This document shows, piece after piece, positions 15,082-29,251 of a DNA stretch of 64,000 nt. The stretch's first letter is position 1. Every line of letters starts with the position of its first letter. The DNA is from Lytechinus pictus. Taxonomy: Eukaryota. Below the pieces are notes generated by a model. That model was not told the origin of the DNA and did not search any database. It was given only the letters and a program-made list of their open reading frames with translations. Location: NCBI RefSeq assembly GCF_037042905.1, contig NC_087251.1:36892001-36956000 (forward strand), in the 5' to 3' direction. Made by a program: the position numbers and the translations under genes.

Positions 15082-15329
15082 ATTAAGCTTGGTGGACTCG
15101 CAGGGCTTCTTCTAAGATGGCGGGCCAGTGTGTACAAACTCCTGTGGCGAGAGATGATAGTATTCATTTTATTCTACACCATAGTCAGTCTTATCTACCG
15201 CTTCGCGTTCGAAGGATCCAGTATAGTCAAGGAGAACTTCGAAAAGCTGGCCATTTACGCTTACGATTATACCAAAGTGTTCCCTATAAGTTTCGTCCTG
15301 GGTTTCTATGTTACCGTTGTCTTTGATAG
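15082..15329 (+). CDS. BEST: Bestrophin, first recognisable coding exon (TM1, TM2/neck); phase-0 start, N-terminal ~11 codons missing
   Basis: ttttcag acceptor, AG|gtaagt donor. Translates IKLGGLAGLLLRWRASVYKLLWREMIVFILFYTIVSLIYRF...FPISFVLGFYVTVVFDR, matching bestrophin WRGSIYKLL and PISFVLGFYV motifs. Confidence 0.96.
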
Positions 15330-15379
15330 GTAAGTGAGAAATATAACATTTGCTTTATAAACTGTTACCTTTCCTAAAT

Positions 15380-15890
15380 TAATAATAATAATAATCCGCT
15401 TTTATATTGCTCTTAATACTTTGGAACGACGTCTCTAAGCGTTTTGCAGATGGGTTCCATAAAATAACCAACCTTTTTGTACGTCCGACCCCCATTTTTC
15501 TCAAGTCATGCTTCACTTCATAAACTGACCAGTCATGGTCCCTTGAGAACATTACAGACTCTCAAAAGAACAAGAAATCAGAGACAGAAAATTTCATGAA
15601 GGCCCCACATATAGGTGGGGGGGGGGGGTCGGACGTACATATTTATGGAATTGCCCAGATATATTATTACCCCGGTCATCGGATCCTGGCATGCTCGAAC
15701 ACAATGTATATATTTTAATCACTCCCTGTGGAGCATCCAAACAAGGCTTCCAAGACTCAATTGCGAGGCATACTATGTAGGCTTTTGCATCCTACCGGGT
15801 ATCCATTTAACACCTGGGTGGAGAGTGGCAGAGTGTAGATTAATGCCTTGCCAAAGGATACTCTGCCGAGTCAGAACCGCTACACCATGA
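15380..15890 (-). mobile_element. SINE (minus strand, L2-type tail) interrupted by a small DNA element
   Basis: (aat)n tail plus ctctaagcg at 15380-15450; body attaccccggtcatcgg...ccgggtatccatttaacacctgggtggagagtggc resumes at 15657. Confidence 0.65.
15452..15656. mobile_element. Small DNA element with 4-bp TSD (Sola-like)
   Basis: Termini GGG..TTCCATAAA / TTTATGGAATTGCCC, inner tgtacgtccgaccccc / gggggtcggacgtaca; TSD agat at 15448-15451 and 15657-15660. Confidence 0.6.
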
Positions 15891-17866
15891 CGCTTCCTCA
15901 GTATATAATTGTACCAATAACTGCATGTTCGTAGACAATTCATAATTTTGATATATCCAAGCGTTCTTATTCTGGATAATCCCTCCCACGTGTTATTTTT
16001 TTTGTTCCATACGAGATTTTCCTTGGGGCGTCGGAATGGGGTTTATTCAATCAAAGGCTACACCCACTAATCCGCATTCTATCAGAATAAGTGGCTACAT
16101 CCCATGAGTAACTCGTTAACATGGCGCAATGTGATTATCCTTGTGCATAAAATGGCAAGGTTATGAAATTGAATCCCAGAATGGGCAAGAAATTAATTTT
16201 AACATTTTCTCTTTTTTTTAATTCAAACTAAGGCGAATCTTTATCTCTGGCTACAAGTCTATATGACTTGTATCTGGCTACAAGTCGATGAGTTGTAGAT
16301 TTCAAAACGGGTAACGGATATAAAAAATGAGAGAATAATCGTAGGATTAACACGTTCGCCTCCCGTGTTCGTCTCATCTCCTTGATTTCAAATTCTAATT
16401 TTAAAGTGGATATTCTTAAAAAGGAATCTTTATAAATTAATGCATGACTGATTTCATATATTTTCTGAATGTACTCATGTTGCCCTTGGTTTTTCTTTTG
16501 AGAAGTTAATTCTTTCACGATGCAGAATGATTGGATGATGACCATGATGGCGTGAGGCACAATGTTAATTGCAGGTCTTCCAGTGGTATTTTGGTACCCA
16601 TTGAAATGACATTCCCTCTAACTCTTTATTTATACGAATTTCAATAGATCCTCTATTATATATCAGTAAATAATATCCGTACACCCCCATCCCTTCTGCC
16701 CTTTACCTACTTTCATGTTGTTTCTATTTTATAAAGAAATTAGTTGTAACTGCCTCAAGAACAATATGGATAGCAGTGTGTCAACGAGTTAAAACTGTGT
16801 CAACCGTCAAGTACAGCTGCATTATCACGGCATGATCACACTCGCCTACACAAAAAACCTTCCGCGCTGTGCACTACATGTTGTTTGTTGCTAATAGAAG
16901 GAAATAAGTTTAATATCTAATAGCGAATCGTATTACATTGCACAAATACTATAATATTTCAGATATACGCTGGAGTCTGCAATTAATACGAACATGAAGG
17001 TTAGGTTTAAGTGAGTGCACATTATGTTGTGCACTATGCATCTGGGTTTTTTTTCGTCTTTTATTCTCGGGTTTTTATTGTGGTCTTTGACGAAATTCTA
17101 GTTGGTATTTACGTCTTTTTGTCAAACCTTGCTACTGCAGCTGTTGTTAGGTGAACATGAATTATATCAACGCAGAACCATATGTTTATGTTGGTGTAAG
17201 ATGAAACGTCTGACATTTAGGTTAATTGTGAAAAATGCTCTCTCGTTATTTTTTGCACAATAAACATTTGGTACAATGGTTGTAATCGTTTGAAGTCCAC
17301 CCTTCCACCCTCTTGAATGAGCTCCCATAAACAATTAGAATAGAATTTAATATATTTCTAAAGAATATTTCATTTCATAAGATTTTATTCCTCCTTTGTT
17401 GGTTTATATTTTATTTATTTATTTTTTTTTTTGGGGGGGGGGTCCTCTCATGAGTAACTTCTTAACGCTGGGGACAATGAAGGACCAATTGATAGCTATG
17501 TCAACAAGTTTGCCAACTATTTTTGAACTACAATAAGGTCTATCAGTTTTCAGATTCGCTGAATAACAGGATAATAATTTTTTTTCTCCAAATTATCACT
17601 TGGTCTCTATATGGGTCCTTTACTATATTTCGGACTATTTTGACTGGCCAGAGAATAATTTTCGTCGGTTTTTTTTAAGGTCTGAAATATGTGCTTGCTC
17701 GTTGGCATGTCTTTCTCAGAGACATGTTTAGAACTGTTGGTTGCAGTTGAAGTAGTACATTATTCCTAAATAAGTTTTAAAATTGGATGAACCCCTGCTA
17801 CATTGAAACGAGGAATGTATTCTTGAATATACTGGCCATTGAAGAATTGTAGGAGATGTCTCTTAA

Positions 17867-18461
17867 AGGGGAATCCAACCCAAATAAAAACTTGTTTTTA
17901 TAAGGATATGAAAAATCAGACAAGTTGATATGTGAAAGTTTGAGCAATATTAGACACACAACAAGAAAGTCATGAATTTTTAAAAGTTGTAAATAATGGT
18001 AATCACTATACTCATGGAGACTTCAAATTGGCCGCATATGGGATGTCATAGTGATGTAAGGCAAGGACTACTCTTCCATGTACTCCACTTTATATTATGG
18101 CTAAAATGTAATTTTTCCAAAAATTTTTATTTCAAATTATATTTTTCTTTCATGAGGACATTAAACAATATACTACCTGGGTTATATTTTGATTACTGCC
18201 CCAGGGGAATGGGTACTTAGGAGAAAACCACAAATCCCTGATAATAAAGTACATGGCCTGTGGGAAAGTTGTCCTTGCCTCTTGTCATAATTTACTTACC
18301 CAGTTGCCAATTTGAAATCTACATACTATTAGTGATCCCAATTTTAAAGCAGCTATAACTTTCTTATTGCTTGTCCGATTTCTTTCAAATTTTCACCATT
18401 CTGTTTTATTTATTTTTCTCCTTCCCAACACAACGTTTTATGGCCAAGGCTGGATTCCCCT
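17867..18461. mobile_element. Kolobok-like MITE
   Basis: TTAA|AGGGGAATCCA ... TGGATTCCCCT|TTAA. Confidence 0.8.
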
Positions 18462-20283
18462 TTAATGTGCTCTAATTTGATGAACGAGACAAGATAGAGC
18501 TAAAAATAAACAATAGGACACCAAAACGATTCCCATACGGTTCGTGTAATCCCACACCGTGTGTTTATTGCAAGTCAGCATGGCTGTTAATTCCATATCA
18601 CCTTAACGACACCAAACCTCGCAACACACACCAGTTCGTATGCGTTACATTATCACCTTCTTCCAACTGCTTTCGGGCATATTCTCCTCCGCAACAACAT
18701 GCTAGACCCGGAACTCAACTATAAACTTTTAAGTAAAGTAATTCCGTGCCGTCAGTAGATGCAGCCATCACGCTTCGCATGGAGAGGGGGACTCCGTGAT
18801 GGACTGGGGTATTTACATTTCACATTATGTCGAACAGCAGGAGAAGCTTTCAGACGACTGCTCGATCTGACCTCTCTAGGTGGAGTAGAAGGAATTGAAC
18901 AACCGCTTCACTCGTCGTCTTTACGTCATCCTAAGATGTTGTCTGATGTCATATTGGAGACCCAGTACTTTGCAATATGCGACTGTGCATAAATTTCGCC
19001 ATCAAAAAGTCAGTTGATGGGACTACGTGTATGCCACATGCCTTATAATGATCTCAGTGGCGGATCTACGGGATTGGGGTTTACCCCCCCCCCCCGGGCT
19101 ACCAAGTAAAAAAAAAGTAATCACCTACATATTAGAGCCAACCCCTAATTACCTTCATTTTATAGTGAACTTTTATTTCCTGCTTGTCAAATTTCGCGGT
19201 CAAACCCGCTCCTTGGAAAAGGGCTACATCTGCCCCTTGATCTATTCTGGGGCCCGTAACACAAAGCTTAGCAATCATTGTAGAATATATTTTTAATGAT
19301 TGATTGCATTGACTAAAACGTATTAGTAATCGTAAAAATCCATCGTACAGTATTAATCGCGAACATTTGTTTTACAGGACCCTGATGTTCGATGCTACCG
19401 TCACATCAACAAAATCGATTCTCGACCGATCAACTCTTTAAGTTATTTCGAATGACTTACTATCGGTCGGTTTGGAGTTGGTTTCGTTGGTGTGACTGAG
19501 TATTGGATAGAGTCAGTAGAAATACGATTTTCAGCAACACTGTGTTTAACTTCGTCATCTAGTCGTTGTTTGGTCAAGCCACCAATGATTGTCAACACTG
19601 CTTGGCATATGTTGACCAAATTGATATACATCGGGGTCAAATAGCTTTGACAGGCATCACTTGAAAAATAAGCAAAGATATAAACAATCCTTTCAGTTAT
19701 AACTGAAACCAAATATATGCCCAAGTTTATGGATGATAAAGTCCAAATAATACCATATGAACAACACTCATTTATAGCCAGAATTTTTCAATCTACCTAC
19801 ATGCGCTTTATAGGCGTTTTACAGAATGTAACAATGTTTTCTCTCAAATTACTGTATCCGTAATTCCATTCGTATGATTCGTTAACTCCCTTGTTGTGTA
19901 CAATAGTATTTGGTGTAAGTGTAGATAATAAAATTGTCAAGGAATTGTGTTCAATATTTCATTTTGATTGCAAGTGATACCATCACTCTTGTGACACCTA
20001 ACACCTACACTCACCCTAGTGCATGTCCTCACTCTACCCCTGGTGTGTGTGCGTATATGTGTATGTGTGTTCCATTGAGCTCTTCGTCAAGTACGCACGA
20101 CTTTACGCGCGACTGGAACAAAAATCCCTTTAAACACTAACCCTGTTTCTTAAGATAAATCTTCATTATATTTTTTTACGAGAGCAATTATTATCAGAGG
20201 AGCAAATATCTGGGCACCTTTATATCACATTTTTAAAAGTATAGGCCTATATATTATTCATAATTTTTGTCTTAAATTTCCAG

Positions 20284-20489
20284 ATGGTGGATGCAGTTCA
20301 AATCAATACCATGGCCCGACCGGGTGGTGTATAACGTCTCCGCCCACGTCCTTGGGAACGACGAAGAAGGGAGGATAATAAGGAGAACATTAGCCCGTTA
20401 CGTCAACCTCGCAGCTATACTTGTATACAGGTCCGGTAGCAAGCGGGTTAAAAAAAGGTTCCCAACTCTTGCTCATCTTGTGGAGGCAG
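20284..20489 (+). CDS. BEST: Bestrophin exon (RWW...PWPDR...RFP motif)
   Basis: tttccag acceptor, G|gtatga donor, phase 2 in and phase 1 out fit the neighbours. [13 protein letters not shown]...[10 protein letters not shown]...[14 protein letters not shown]. Confidence 0.97.
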
Positions 20490-22075
20490 GTATGACGTCA
20501 TGTATAGAGAAAAATGTACACTCTTAATACGATTGGTCAAGGCAACCATCAGGGGAGTGTTTCATGAAAGGACTTGTCAGTTGTTTTATCCGACAAGTAC
20601 TGTTTTATCCCACAGTTACTATGGTAACATTGCCACTAAGCCAATCATAATCAAAGAAAGTTGTCAGACCCGACAACTTGTCGGACAAAAATGATGGTGA
20701 AACGCTCCCGTGTTGGTGAATATGTGTCCAGTTGACCGATGAAAAAGGTAAATAAAATTCTGGTGGACAAAAATCTATAAATTGGATGAAATTGTCTGGA
20801 TTGTCAGTCGGGCAAATATTCATCAACACTTTGATTAGTTTAACCAATCATTTCAGAGTGTATAAAAAGCTAAAGGGGGTAGGGGGTCAAGTCAGGCGTT
20901 GAGGCGATATTCGCAAAACCAACGTCCGTAACTGGAATTGAGGCTGGTGTTGAGATTGACGTCAGTCAAGTAACAAACATATTTTTCAAGGGCTCAGTTT
21001 GGCAGCCTGATTCACGACTTTCACGCCAGCATCAACACCAAATTAAAATAATCCATTTTACTTTAGACTTGATAGTTGTTGCATTGAGAATAAAAAAGTG
21101 TAGGGGTGTCGGATAAAGTAATGTAGATGACAAAACTATAAATCCTAGTGAAAGTTAGCACTCCCATTTGAACACAGTATTTTTCCTCCTTTAAGGGTAC
21201 ACTAAGAAACAAACCTTGTACCAATAACAAACTCAAATGTTTATGTGAAAACCGGGAAGACAAGACGTATGCTGAAGGGCATTGAGTCAGAAGTTCTCTC
21301 AAAACCATATAGGAAGAATTGGTTTTGAAACACCAACACTCATGCCTGCCTCCGAACTACTTCCGGGCACAAGTTGCTATGCCAGAGGGTAAAAAACTGT
21401 GTTTGATATACTTGTAGAACCCAAGTTAGAAATAAATGACTATGAAAGCAGCACCCAAGCCGAATCCACATTTTATAATGAAATTTATTCACATCGGTTG
21501 ACAAGCATGTCGTTGCGTTAAGGAGATTTTTCATACAGCAAACAAAGGTTAATAGCTTAATAAATTTCTTTTATTCAAGGTCCGATAGAAATGCACTATG
21601 TTACTACATGTATCTACTACTGATATCAAACCCACGTTCTGTTTAACATACCCCCATACTTTTTTCAAAATTATTATAAGGCACAATTATGATATAGTAT
21701 AAAAGAACTCTCTTTGACATAGCCAGCAACATTATGTTGTCTTTAAAGATAATATTCTCATGATATCCGTCATACACTAACTTGCGATCTACTTCTGATA
21801 TCAAGCCCATGAGTTTCCCACTTTGATTAATATCTTTATCTGACACAATCATAGTGAAGAAGAATTTTCGAGTACTCGTAATTGTAAATAAAGGTGTTTT
21901 TTTTTTCAAGTGAGACAAAGCCATATACAAGATCTTGCATTGGAGCCGATAAGCATACACACAAATATACAATCTACTGCTGATATGAAGTTAGTGAATT
22001 GACTCCCATTTCCCCCTTTCTATGTTTTAAGAGTAAAAAATATTCTTATACTGTAAATAAAACGTTTGGTTATAT

Positions 22076-24788
22076 GGTTCTAGGACAACTACCCCCTGGA
22101 CAATCACCCCCCGGACAATTACCCCCGGACAATTACCCCCCGAGGACAACTACCCCCCGAGGACAATTACCCCCCGGACAATTACCCCCCGGACAATTAC
22201 CCCCCGGCCAATTACCCCCCGGACAACTACTCCCCGGACAATTACCTTCAGAAAATCCCCCCTTCTCTCCAGCATCAATGTTAGAATAAGGCGGGACCCA
22301 TTGTAAGTTTTGGTCGGTGGCACAGGTTTCCGAAATATTTTCTACTTTATCTTACGTTAATAACTTTTTCTTTCTCTTTTATATTGCTCTTTCTCCTGTT
22401 CTCTCACTTTCTTCTTTTTTCCCTTTTTGTTTTTGTTTAGCGGCGCCATCTTCATCATGAAAAATGGGGGGGGGGGGGGCTTGCACCCGAAACCTCCCGT
22501 TTGGCTATGCATATATACATCAGAAAATTTGTAAACTGGCCCTCATTCTAAGTTTTCATAGAACAATTGAACACGATTAGTCATAATAATCACATATGCT
22601 GGATATCCCTGATTCCAACTGATCTGATTTTTTTTAATATTTATTTTGGGTTTAATTTCAGGTAAGAAATCAGGCAAATAGATAAAACGTTAAAAAACAC
22701 CTTTATAGGTAGAAAAATTGAAAGTCGATAACTCAACTATGAACACTAACATTGTCAAGTAGACCTATAAATCTGTTTTTTTTAACAGTTCAACTAACAA
22801 GAAGCTAAGAATTATGAAACAATTGGTGCACATTCCAGATTAAGATGTGGCTTTATAACTTAATACAGTTAGCTAAAAAACTTTATGCAAAGATAATACA
22901 CACAAGAACACCTTGCAAATTACAAGGTGTTTTTGTGTGTATTATTCTTGGGTGAAAGCAATTAAACATTAAAGAAGGAAATTAAGTACCAAATTTACTA
23001 AATTGTAAACAATATGACATAATCAAATACAGTGTTTTTTCTATACAAATTGGCAATCATGATATTATACAATTCGTTTAAGGTGCATTTTAAGGACGGT
23101 TTGTAAGAATTTATAAAGAAGTAGGCCTATGCAAATCAAATAATGCGACCGAGCACCGTGAGCTGAAATATTAATATTTAGACCATAAAACGGACATTTT
23201 ACAGAGCACTTGAAAAATCAATTTGTAAATTAAAAAATAATGAAAGCTCGATATCCGAGATGAAATATGTTTTGTTTATTGACTTCGAAACTTGATATTT
23301 TAAGCTCCATATCAGCCTTTATTGAGCAAGATATTAATCTCATCGAAAAAGCAATGCGAGCGCGAAGCGCGAGCGGAAAATACTTGATATTCCGGTATGA
23401 AAATGGTGAATTTGAGCACTATCTAAAGCATTGTGTATGGAAATTGTGAAGTGGGTGTGGAAAGCACTTAATAAATGATGCGAGTGTGAAGCGCGAGCTG
23501 ATATCTTCATTATTATTTTGACCTAGGACCTGGACATTCTAGGACTAAGGACATTTAGTCATCATATGAAAATGATGACAACTTTCTTATTCCTCTTCCT
23601 GAGCGCGATATGAAACATATGAAACTGTGATATTGTCGATATTCTTTTCTGAAAAGGGACAATTTAGTCATTAAGAATTCATGAAAATTTTATTATCATA
23701 TTTATTAATGTAATAAGCCTAAATGAGTGAGTAAAATGTGTTGACACTGAGGCCTGAAAACTGGATATTTTAAGCACTTTTGTAATCATGAATAGGATTT
23801 GTGAGTTGATATATTTTTAACAAAAATGCGAGCGCAAATCGTGAGACGAAATTTTTGGTAAACTGTCATAAAAGGGGGGTTTTAAGTAGTTTGTTATATA
23901 ATTTAGCAAATCAAATAATGCGAGCGCATAGCGCAAGCTGCAAGTTATATTCACACCATAAAACGGACATTAAACAGAGCACTTAAAAATCAGTTTGTAA
24001 ATCAAACAAAATTATGAATAATGTCCGAGCTGAAATATGCTTTGTAATATCGACTTCAAAACTTGACATTTTAAGCTACATATCAGCCTATTTAGCAAGA
24101 TGTGTATCTCATCGAACAGGCTATGCGAGCCCGAAGCGCGAGCGAAAAAATTAATATAGTGACATGAAATATATTTTTTAATCATTTTCCAAGTCATCCC
24201 CTGACCTTTTTTTTTCACTCGTCTCCCTCTTATTTTAACTCTTATTTTTCCTCCTTTCTTTCCCCTTCTTTTTCTTTTTTTCTTTCTTTCCCCCTTTTTT
24301 TCTTCATTTTTTTGCTCTGCCGATAGGGGGGGGGGGGGGCGGGCCCCTCGCCCCCTGGATCCGCCTATGGATGGAGCTCAATTTTACAGCTTTCTTACGG
24401 CGTATGTTTGAATCCAAGATACTCGAGAATGCCTTGAGTACTTCTTACGTCAAACGTACGGCCGACGTATGACTCTGTGCACTCCCTTTGTCTAGGGGGT
24501 AATTGTCCAGGGGGGTAGTTGTCCGGGGGGTAATTGTCCGGGGGGTAGTTGTCCGGGGGGTAATTGTCCGGGGGGTAGTTGTCCGGGGGGGTAGTTGTCC
24601 GGGGGGTAATTGTCCGGGGGGTAGTTGTCCGGGGGGTAATTGTCCGGGGGGTAGTTGTCCGGGGGGTAGTTGTCCGGGGGGTAATTGTCCGGGGGTAATT
24701 GTCCAGGGGGTAATTGTCCTCGGGGGGTAATTGTCCGGGGGGTAGTTGTCCGGGGGGTGATTGTCCAGGAGGTAGTTGTCCTGATACC
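22076..24788. mobile_element. Foldback (TU-like/MULE-like) non-autonomous transposon with subterminal 15-bp tandem arrays
   Basis: Termini GGTTCTAGGACAACTACC / GGTATCAGGACAACTACC(rc); (GGACAAYTACCCCCC)n at 22083-22247 and inverted at 24495-24782; 9-bp TSD tggttatat at 22067-22075 and 24789-24797. Confidence 0.88.
23140..24369. repeat. Internal repeat with dispersed GCGAGCGCGAAGCGCGAGC motifs and a GGATCCGCCTATG end, nested in the foldback element
   Basis: Motif recurs at ~23356, 23480, 23920, 24125; ~770-bp internal duplication (23140-23380 vs 23915-24150). Confidence 0.6.
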
Positions 24789-26243
24789 TGGTTATATTCC
24801 CAATTTTTAACCCTCAAGCCTACTCATATAGTTTTCTTATTGAATAAAGTCCTAGTTAAAATCCATCCATATTATCCAACAAGTACCGATGCGCTTGAAA
24901 GTGGCTTTGAAAGGTTGGGGCAAGATAAGATACATTTCGCTAATTCACAATTGACATGCCAACATTGTGTACTGCCAGATTCGGCCTAATAAAGACATCA
25001 AGATAGGTATAACGACAACCCCACACTCTGAATTTCAAAGATTTAAGATAAATCCAGATCGGCTGTGAATAGTGTCCGACCGAATATTGGATTTAAATAA
25101 ATCTTAAGGATCAAATTCTAAATCTTCAAAGATTTCACAGATCTGGATGGATCTTAAATCCTTGGAATTTAGAGTGATCAGATAATCGTCTTACAACAAG
25201 AATCTCACCAACGGCAAATTGGCAATGGAGCAGTTAAAAGCAATGGCTCTACCAAAGGGAATGCGAAATTTATCAAGTGAGGATATGCGTCCGTGTATCA
25301 TAAATTACATCTTACGTGCGCTTGAGGGTGCCTTCCAAGGGAAGTCCTCCCATACAAGCACATTCTATTGATTACGTTCACCCTTCTCGTGGAACGAAGA
25401 AAACCTCTTTGTGGCGTGTGTTTTATTGATATTGAACATGAAGTTCAATTGATGAGGTGTATTCATGTGCAATAATAGAAACATCAACTTTCAATATGCT
25501 GTTCTAGATTGAATATGATATATGAAAATGATCATATTGCTTAACCCTATATAGTCCTTGTACAATTGTATGCCATTTCATCCTTAAGTAACGAGGTTTT
25601 ACTATACAAATATTTACCTCTGATTGACGCAATATATTTTTACTATTGCCCGAATAAAAGAGCAGTCATTAATCGTGTTATATACCGATTATTTTCAGCA
25701 GGGCAACAGTTTTTACTATTGCCCTGTTAAAATCATGCCAAACGGTATATTACACATGCTATTGTCAGATACACTTAACACAGCTTATTGAATGGCATGT
25801 AATTCGAGTGTTTTATCCCAGTGAATCCCGACGTCCGTAAATGTAACAAACGCGATTCGTTTGAACGAAAACTACATAATACTTCATCGAAAATAGAATG
25901 ATTGATCATTTTGGAAGATGTACCCTTATTTGAATGATGGTCAGCATCATATTCGTAATAAGCCATACATAATTGGCATGTGGCATATTGCACAAGTTGA
26001 TGGATACGTTTCTACCATGCACTAAAATAACAGAAAAGAATGGCTGGGTTTAAATGTTGTTTTAGTCATATTTGACTATTTTCTAGTCAGATTCTACTAT
26101 AGAACGAGGTCATTTAAGGATACAAAATAATAGGAAATGGCACCAGACGTATCCGTAATTGTACCCAGTTGACTTCGGTTGGCTGCTATTCATAATCATA
26201 TTCGTCTTTAAATACTGTCGGTTTTTTTTTTTCTATTCGTTAG

Positions 26244-26398
26244 GTTTAATGACTGATGATGAGAAGGATATATTCAAGAACCTGGGGACAGAAAATCCTA
26301 AATACTGGGTACCTTGTGCCTGGTTTGTCAATCTATGCAGAATGTGTCGCAAACAAGCCCGTATTGTCAGTGATCCGGCCATGAAAACGGTCATAGAT
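26244..26398 (+). CDS. BEST: Bestrophin exon (155 bp, cytosolic region including aperture loop)
   Basis: tcgttag acceptor, GAT|gtaagt donor. GLMTDDEK...KYWVPCAWFVNL...RIVSDPAMKTVID. Confidence 0.96.
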
Positions 26399-26576
26399 GT
26401 AAGTATGAACAGTTTTGTTTGGGGTATTCATGAATGAGTTTGTGCTAGCACAGAGTTGTTGTTGGTGGTGTTCTAGGTGGTAGTGGTATAGTAGCTGGGT
26501 ATAGTAGGTATAATGCTGCTGATGGTGATGGTGATGGTGGTGGCGGCGGCGGCGGTATGGATGTTTTAGTCCTTAA

Positions 26577-27161
26577 AGGAGAATGAAACTCTTGGAGCAA
26601 GTTAGCTTTTGCGAAAGCATAAAAATCAAAGAATAAGATCAACAAAAGTTTGAGTAAAATAGGACTAGCAATAGAAGAGTTATGAGCATTTGAATGTCGA
26701 GATCACTAATGCTATGGAGATCCTCCCATTGGCAATGCGACCAAGATCTATGATGTCACAGATGAACAACTCTTCCCTTTTGGACACTGAAAATATACCC
26801 CAAAACATCTCTTTTTGCTCATTCTAATCATATGACAAACGATTCATCAATGATATAATGTTGTGAAACCTCTGTACTTGTCTTCTCATAAGGGAGAACA
26901 CCTCACCTTGTGATAGACTCTTTAAAAGTGAGAATATAAGTGAAATAAGTACTTAAGTTATGGGGGAGTTGTACGTGTGTGACATCACAGATCTTGGTCG
27001 CATTGCCAATGGGAGGAACTACATGGCATTAGTGATCTCAATATTCAAATGCTCATAACTTTCTTATTATTCATTCAATCTTCCTCAAACTTTCAACAAT
27101 ATGTTTCTTTGATTTTTCTCTTTGATATGGATTCAGCTGGTTTCAAGGGTTTCATTCTCCT
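26577..27161. mobile_element. Kolobok-like MITE
   Basis: TTAA|AGGAGAATGAAAC ... GTTTCATTCTCCT|TTAA; long internal inverted arms (ctcccattggcaatgcgaccaagatct). Confidence 0.82.
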
Positions 27162-28114
27162 TTAATTAGCTCCCTGTGAAGTATAAAAATTACCAAAGCA
27201 TGTCAGGAAGCTAAACTCTTTGGCACTTCTGATATATATAAATCACCTTATTAGCATACACCTTAGGATGCTAGAAGGCTTTCCGTATTTTGTGTAAACT
27301 GTATTAACCATTGCTGTATGTAGGCTAAGTGCAATTGGCTTAATGGAGTTAGTCGCTATTTCTTCACATTACCTTCTTACCTCTTTACCGCTTCAGCCTC
27401 ACCGACGAAACCGATATCAGGCCGATATAATCTCTAACGTTATTAGCAATGTCAAACCATTGGTCGGATGGGAATCGTTTCTGTTGGTGTGCCTGCAGCC
27501 ATTTAGCATCACTTAATTCTAGAGGAGTAACGGACAATCCCAGTATTTAGGAATAAGTCGCAAGTTGGATGATGAATCAATCCGTCTATTTACCCAAGCA
27601 CTTTAATGGACCTTACTAATGACAAAGATCGATCGAATGGCCAACCTTTCAAAGTCAGACCAGCGATACACTCGGGTCATCCTGACCAAATGAATCGCCC
27701 CTAGTTGAAGAAGTCACTCATCGTTCGTAATTTCCGCCAATCATAACAAGCCAAAAAAGCCTCTCCCTCTTCCAAGATGTTCTCCATTTCCGTATGAGAT
27801 GCATGGTCGAAAGAATACCAGTGACCTTTGTGTTATTATTACTGAATGGCCTTGTAGTCCACTGAGATGTGTCCGTAGTTACTGGCCGATAGGCCTATAC
27901 TTTCTATTATATGCATATTATCTTAACCCATTTGTTTTTTTTTTCTTTTACCAACACCAGAATTTATCTCGTGTTTATCTTCTTCCCTTTTCTTCGTTTT
28001 CTCTCAGTGACATGACCTGCTCTCATATTTTAATTATATTCTATTTCGTAGCCGTATAAAATAAAATTATACTATTTCAAGGTTGGGATGGGGTCAAGGA
28101 CACGACACGACGTA

Positions 28115-28353
28115 CACAGCAAAAACTGCGGTGTTAACCGGTGTACATAGAGGACCACACCAGTGATTTTACACCGGTGTTAAATTGACAGTGTTAGTTT
28201 AGCACCTATAGGTGTTATTGTAACACCTTTGGTTGTTACATGTACACTCTTTGGTGTTATATTCAATCTTTAGGGTGTAATTTTAACACCAGAGGGTGTG
28301 GTCCTCTATTAACACCCACTGGTGTTAGTTTTAACACCACAGTTTTTACAGTG
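28115..28353. mobile_element. CAC-ended MITE (EnSpm/CACTA-like), aacacc-rich
   Basis: TA|CACAGCAAAAACTG ... CAGTTTTTACAGTG|TA. Confidence 0.65.
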
Positions 28354-29251
28354 TAAATACGCCCAAAAGAATTTCCCAATCATCAGTGAAAAAACAATAG
28401 AAAGGATTTACAAGGGGTAATTTTGTTATGGTTAATATACTTTCCTGTATGTTGTAATCCTCTCTCATGAAGTGTAGTGACGCATTAGAACATTTTGTTC
28501 TTTTAAATATTAATATAGTTATCCGTCTTCTCGGCTTATTTCATCTTCTCTTTATTTTCCTGCAAAATATTTATATTCTCCTTTCACATTTTCATTCGTA
28601 TTACATGCCCTTATATTGTATCTTAACTTTATATTACCGTACTTACAAGAAGTCAAGGCTGCAACAGGCCAATTCCTCTTTTACTTACTTCAAACCCAAC
28701 GAGAATGCCAAAAATAGATACAACGTTATAAGAAGACATATTTTCCTGATAGCAGCATGGTATATAAGAGCATGTAAACCTTTCTTCGCCTGTCATCTGA
28801 TTTAATCAAGAGTGGACATCGGCATTTTATTCTCCAGAGATTTCTGATGGAAAGGATCCATTTGGATCGGAATGGCAATACCAGTTACATGGTATATACC
28901 AGAAAGCTTAAATGGTATAAGATAAAATTAAATGCTCAAAAGAATGAAATGGGGAAAATGGACATTGGTGTCGTCATTTGTCAAGTTCACCATTTGCAGT
29001 TGGTCATAATTATGAACACGTGAACAATTCTTGATCATGTTATACATGTATATAACAGTTACAATCAATGAATAAACTGTGAGTCTATGAGGAAAAGTGT
29101 AAAAAGAAGTTAGAATTGAACATCGTAGATCTTAGTTGTATTTAGGAGCGGGCACTACAATGAATTCTCAAAACGTAAATTGGGAAAAAAGGGATAAAGG
29201 ATTGGTCAGAATGAAGATAGAAGTGTATCTAAAGGCGAATACTTGAAGGTG

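Noticed and set aside
14762..15115. 117-aa ORF as the bestrophin N-terminus
   Set aside because: Different frame from the bestrophin exon and no similarity
22083..24782. CRISPR-like array
   Set aside because: Head-to-tail tandem units with no unique spacers; eukaryotic context
21999..24989. ORFs with PGQLPP / PRTTT / GGNCP repeats
   Set aside because: Translations of the 15-bp subterminal arrays of the foldback element, open in several frames on both strands
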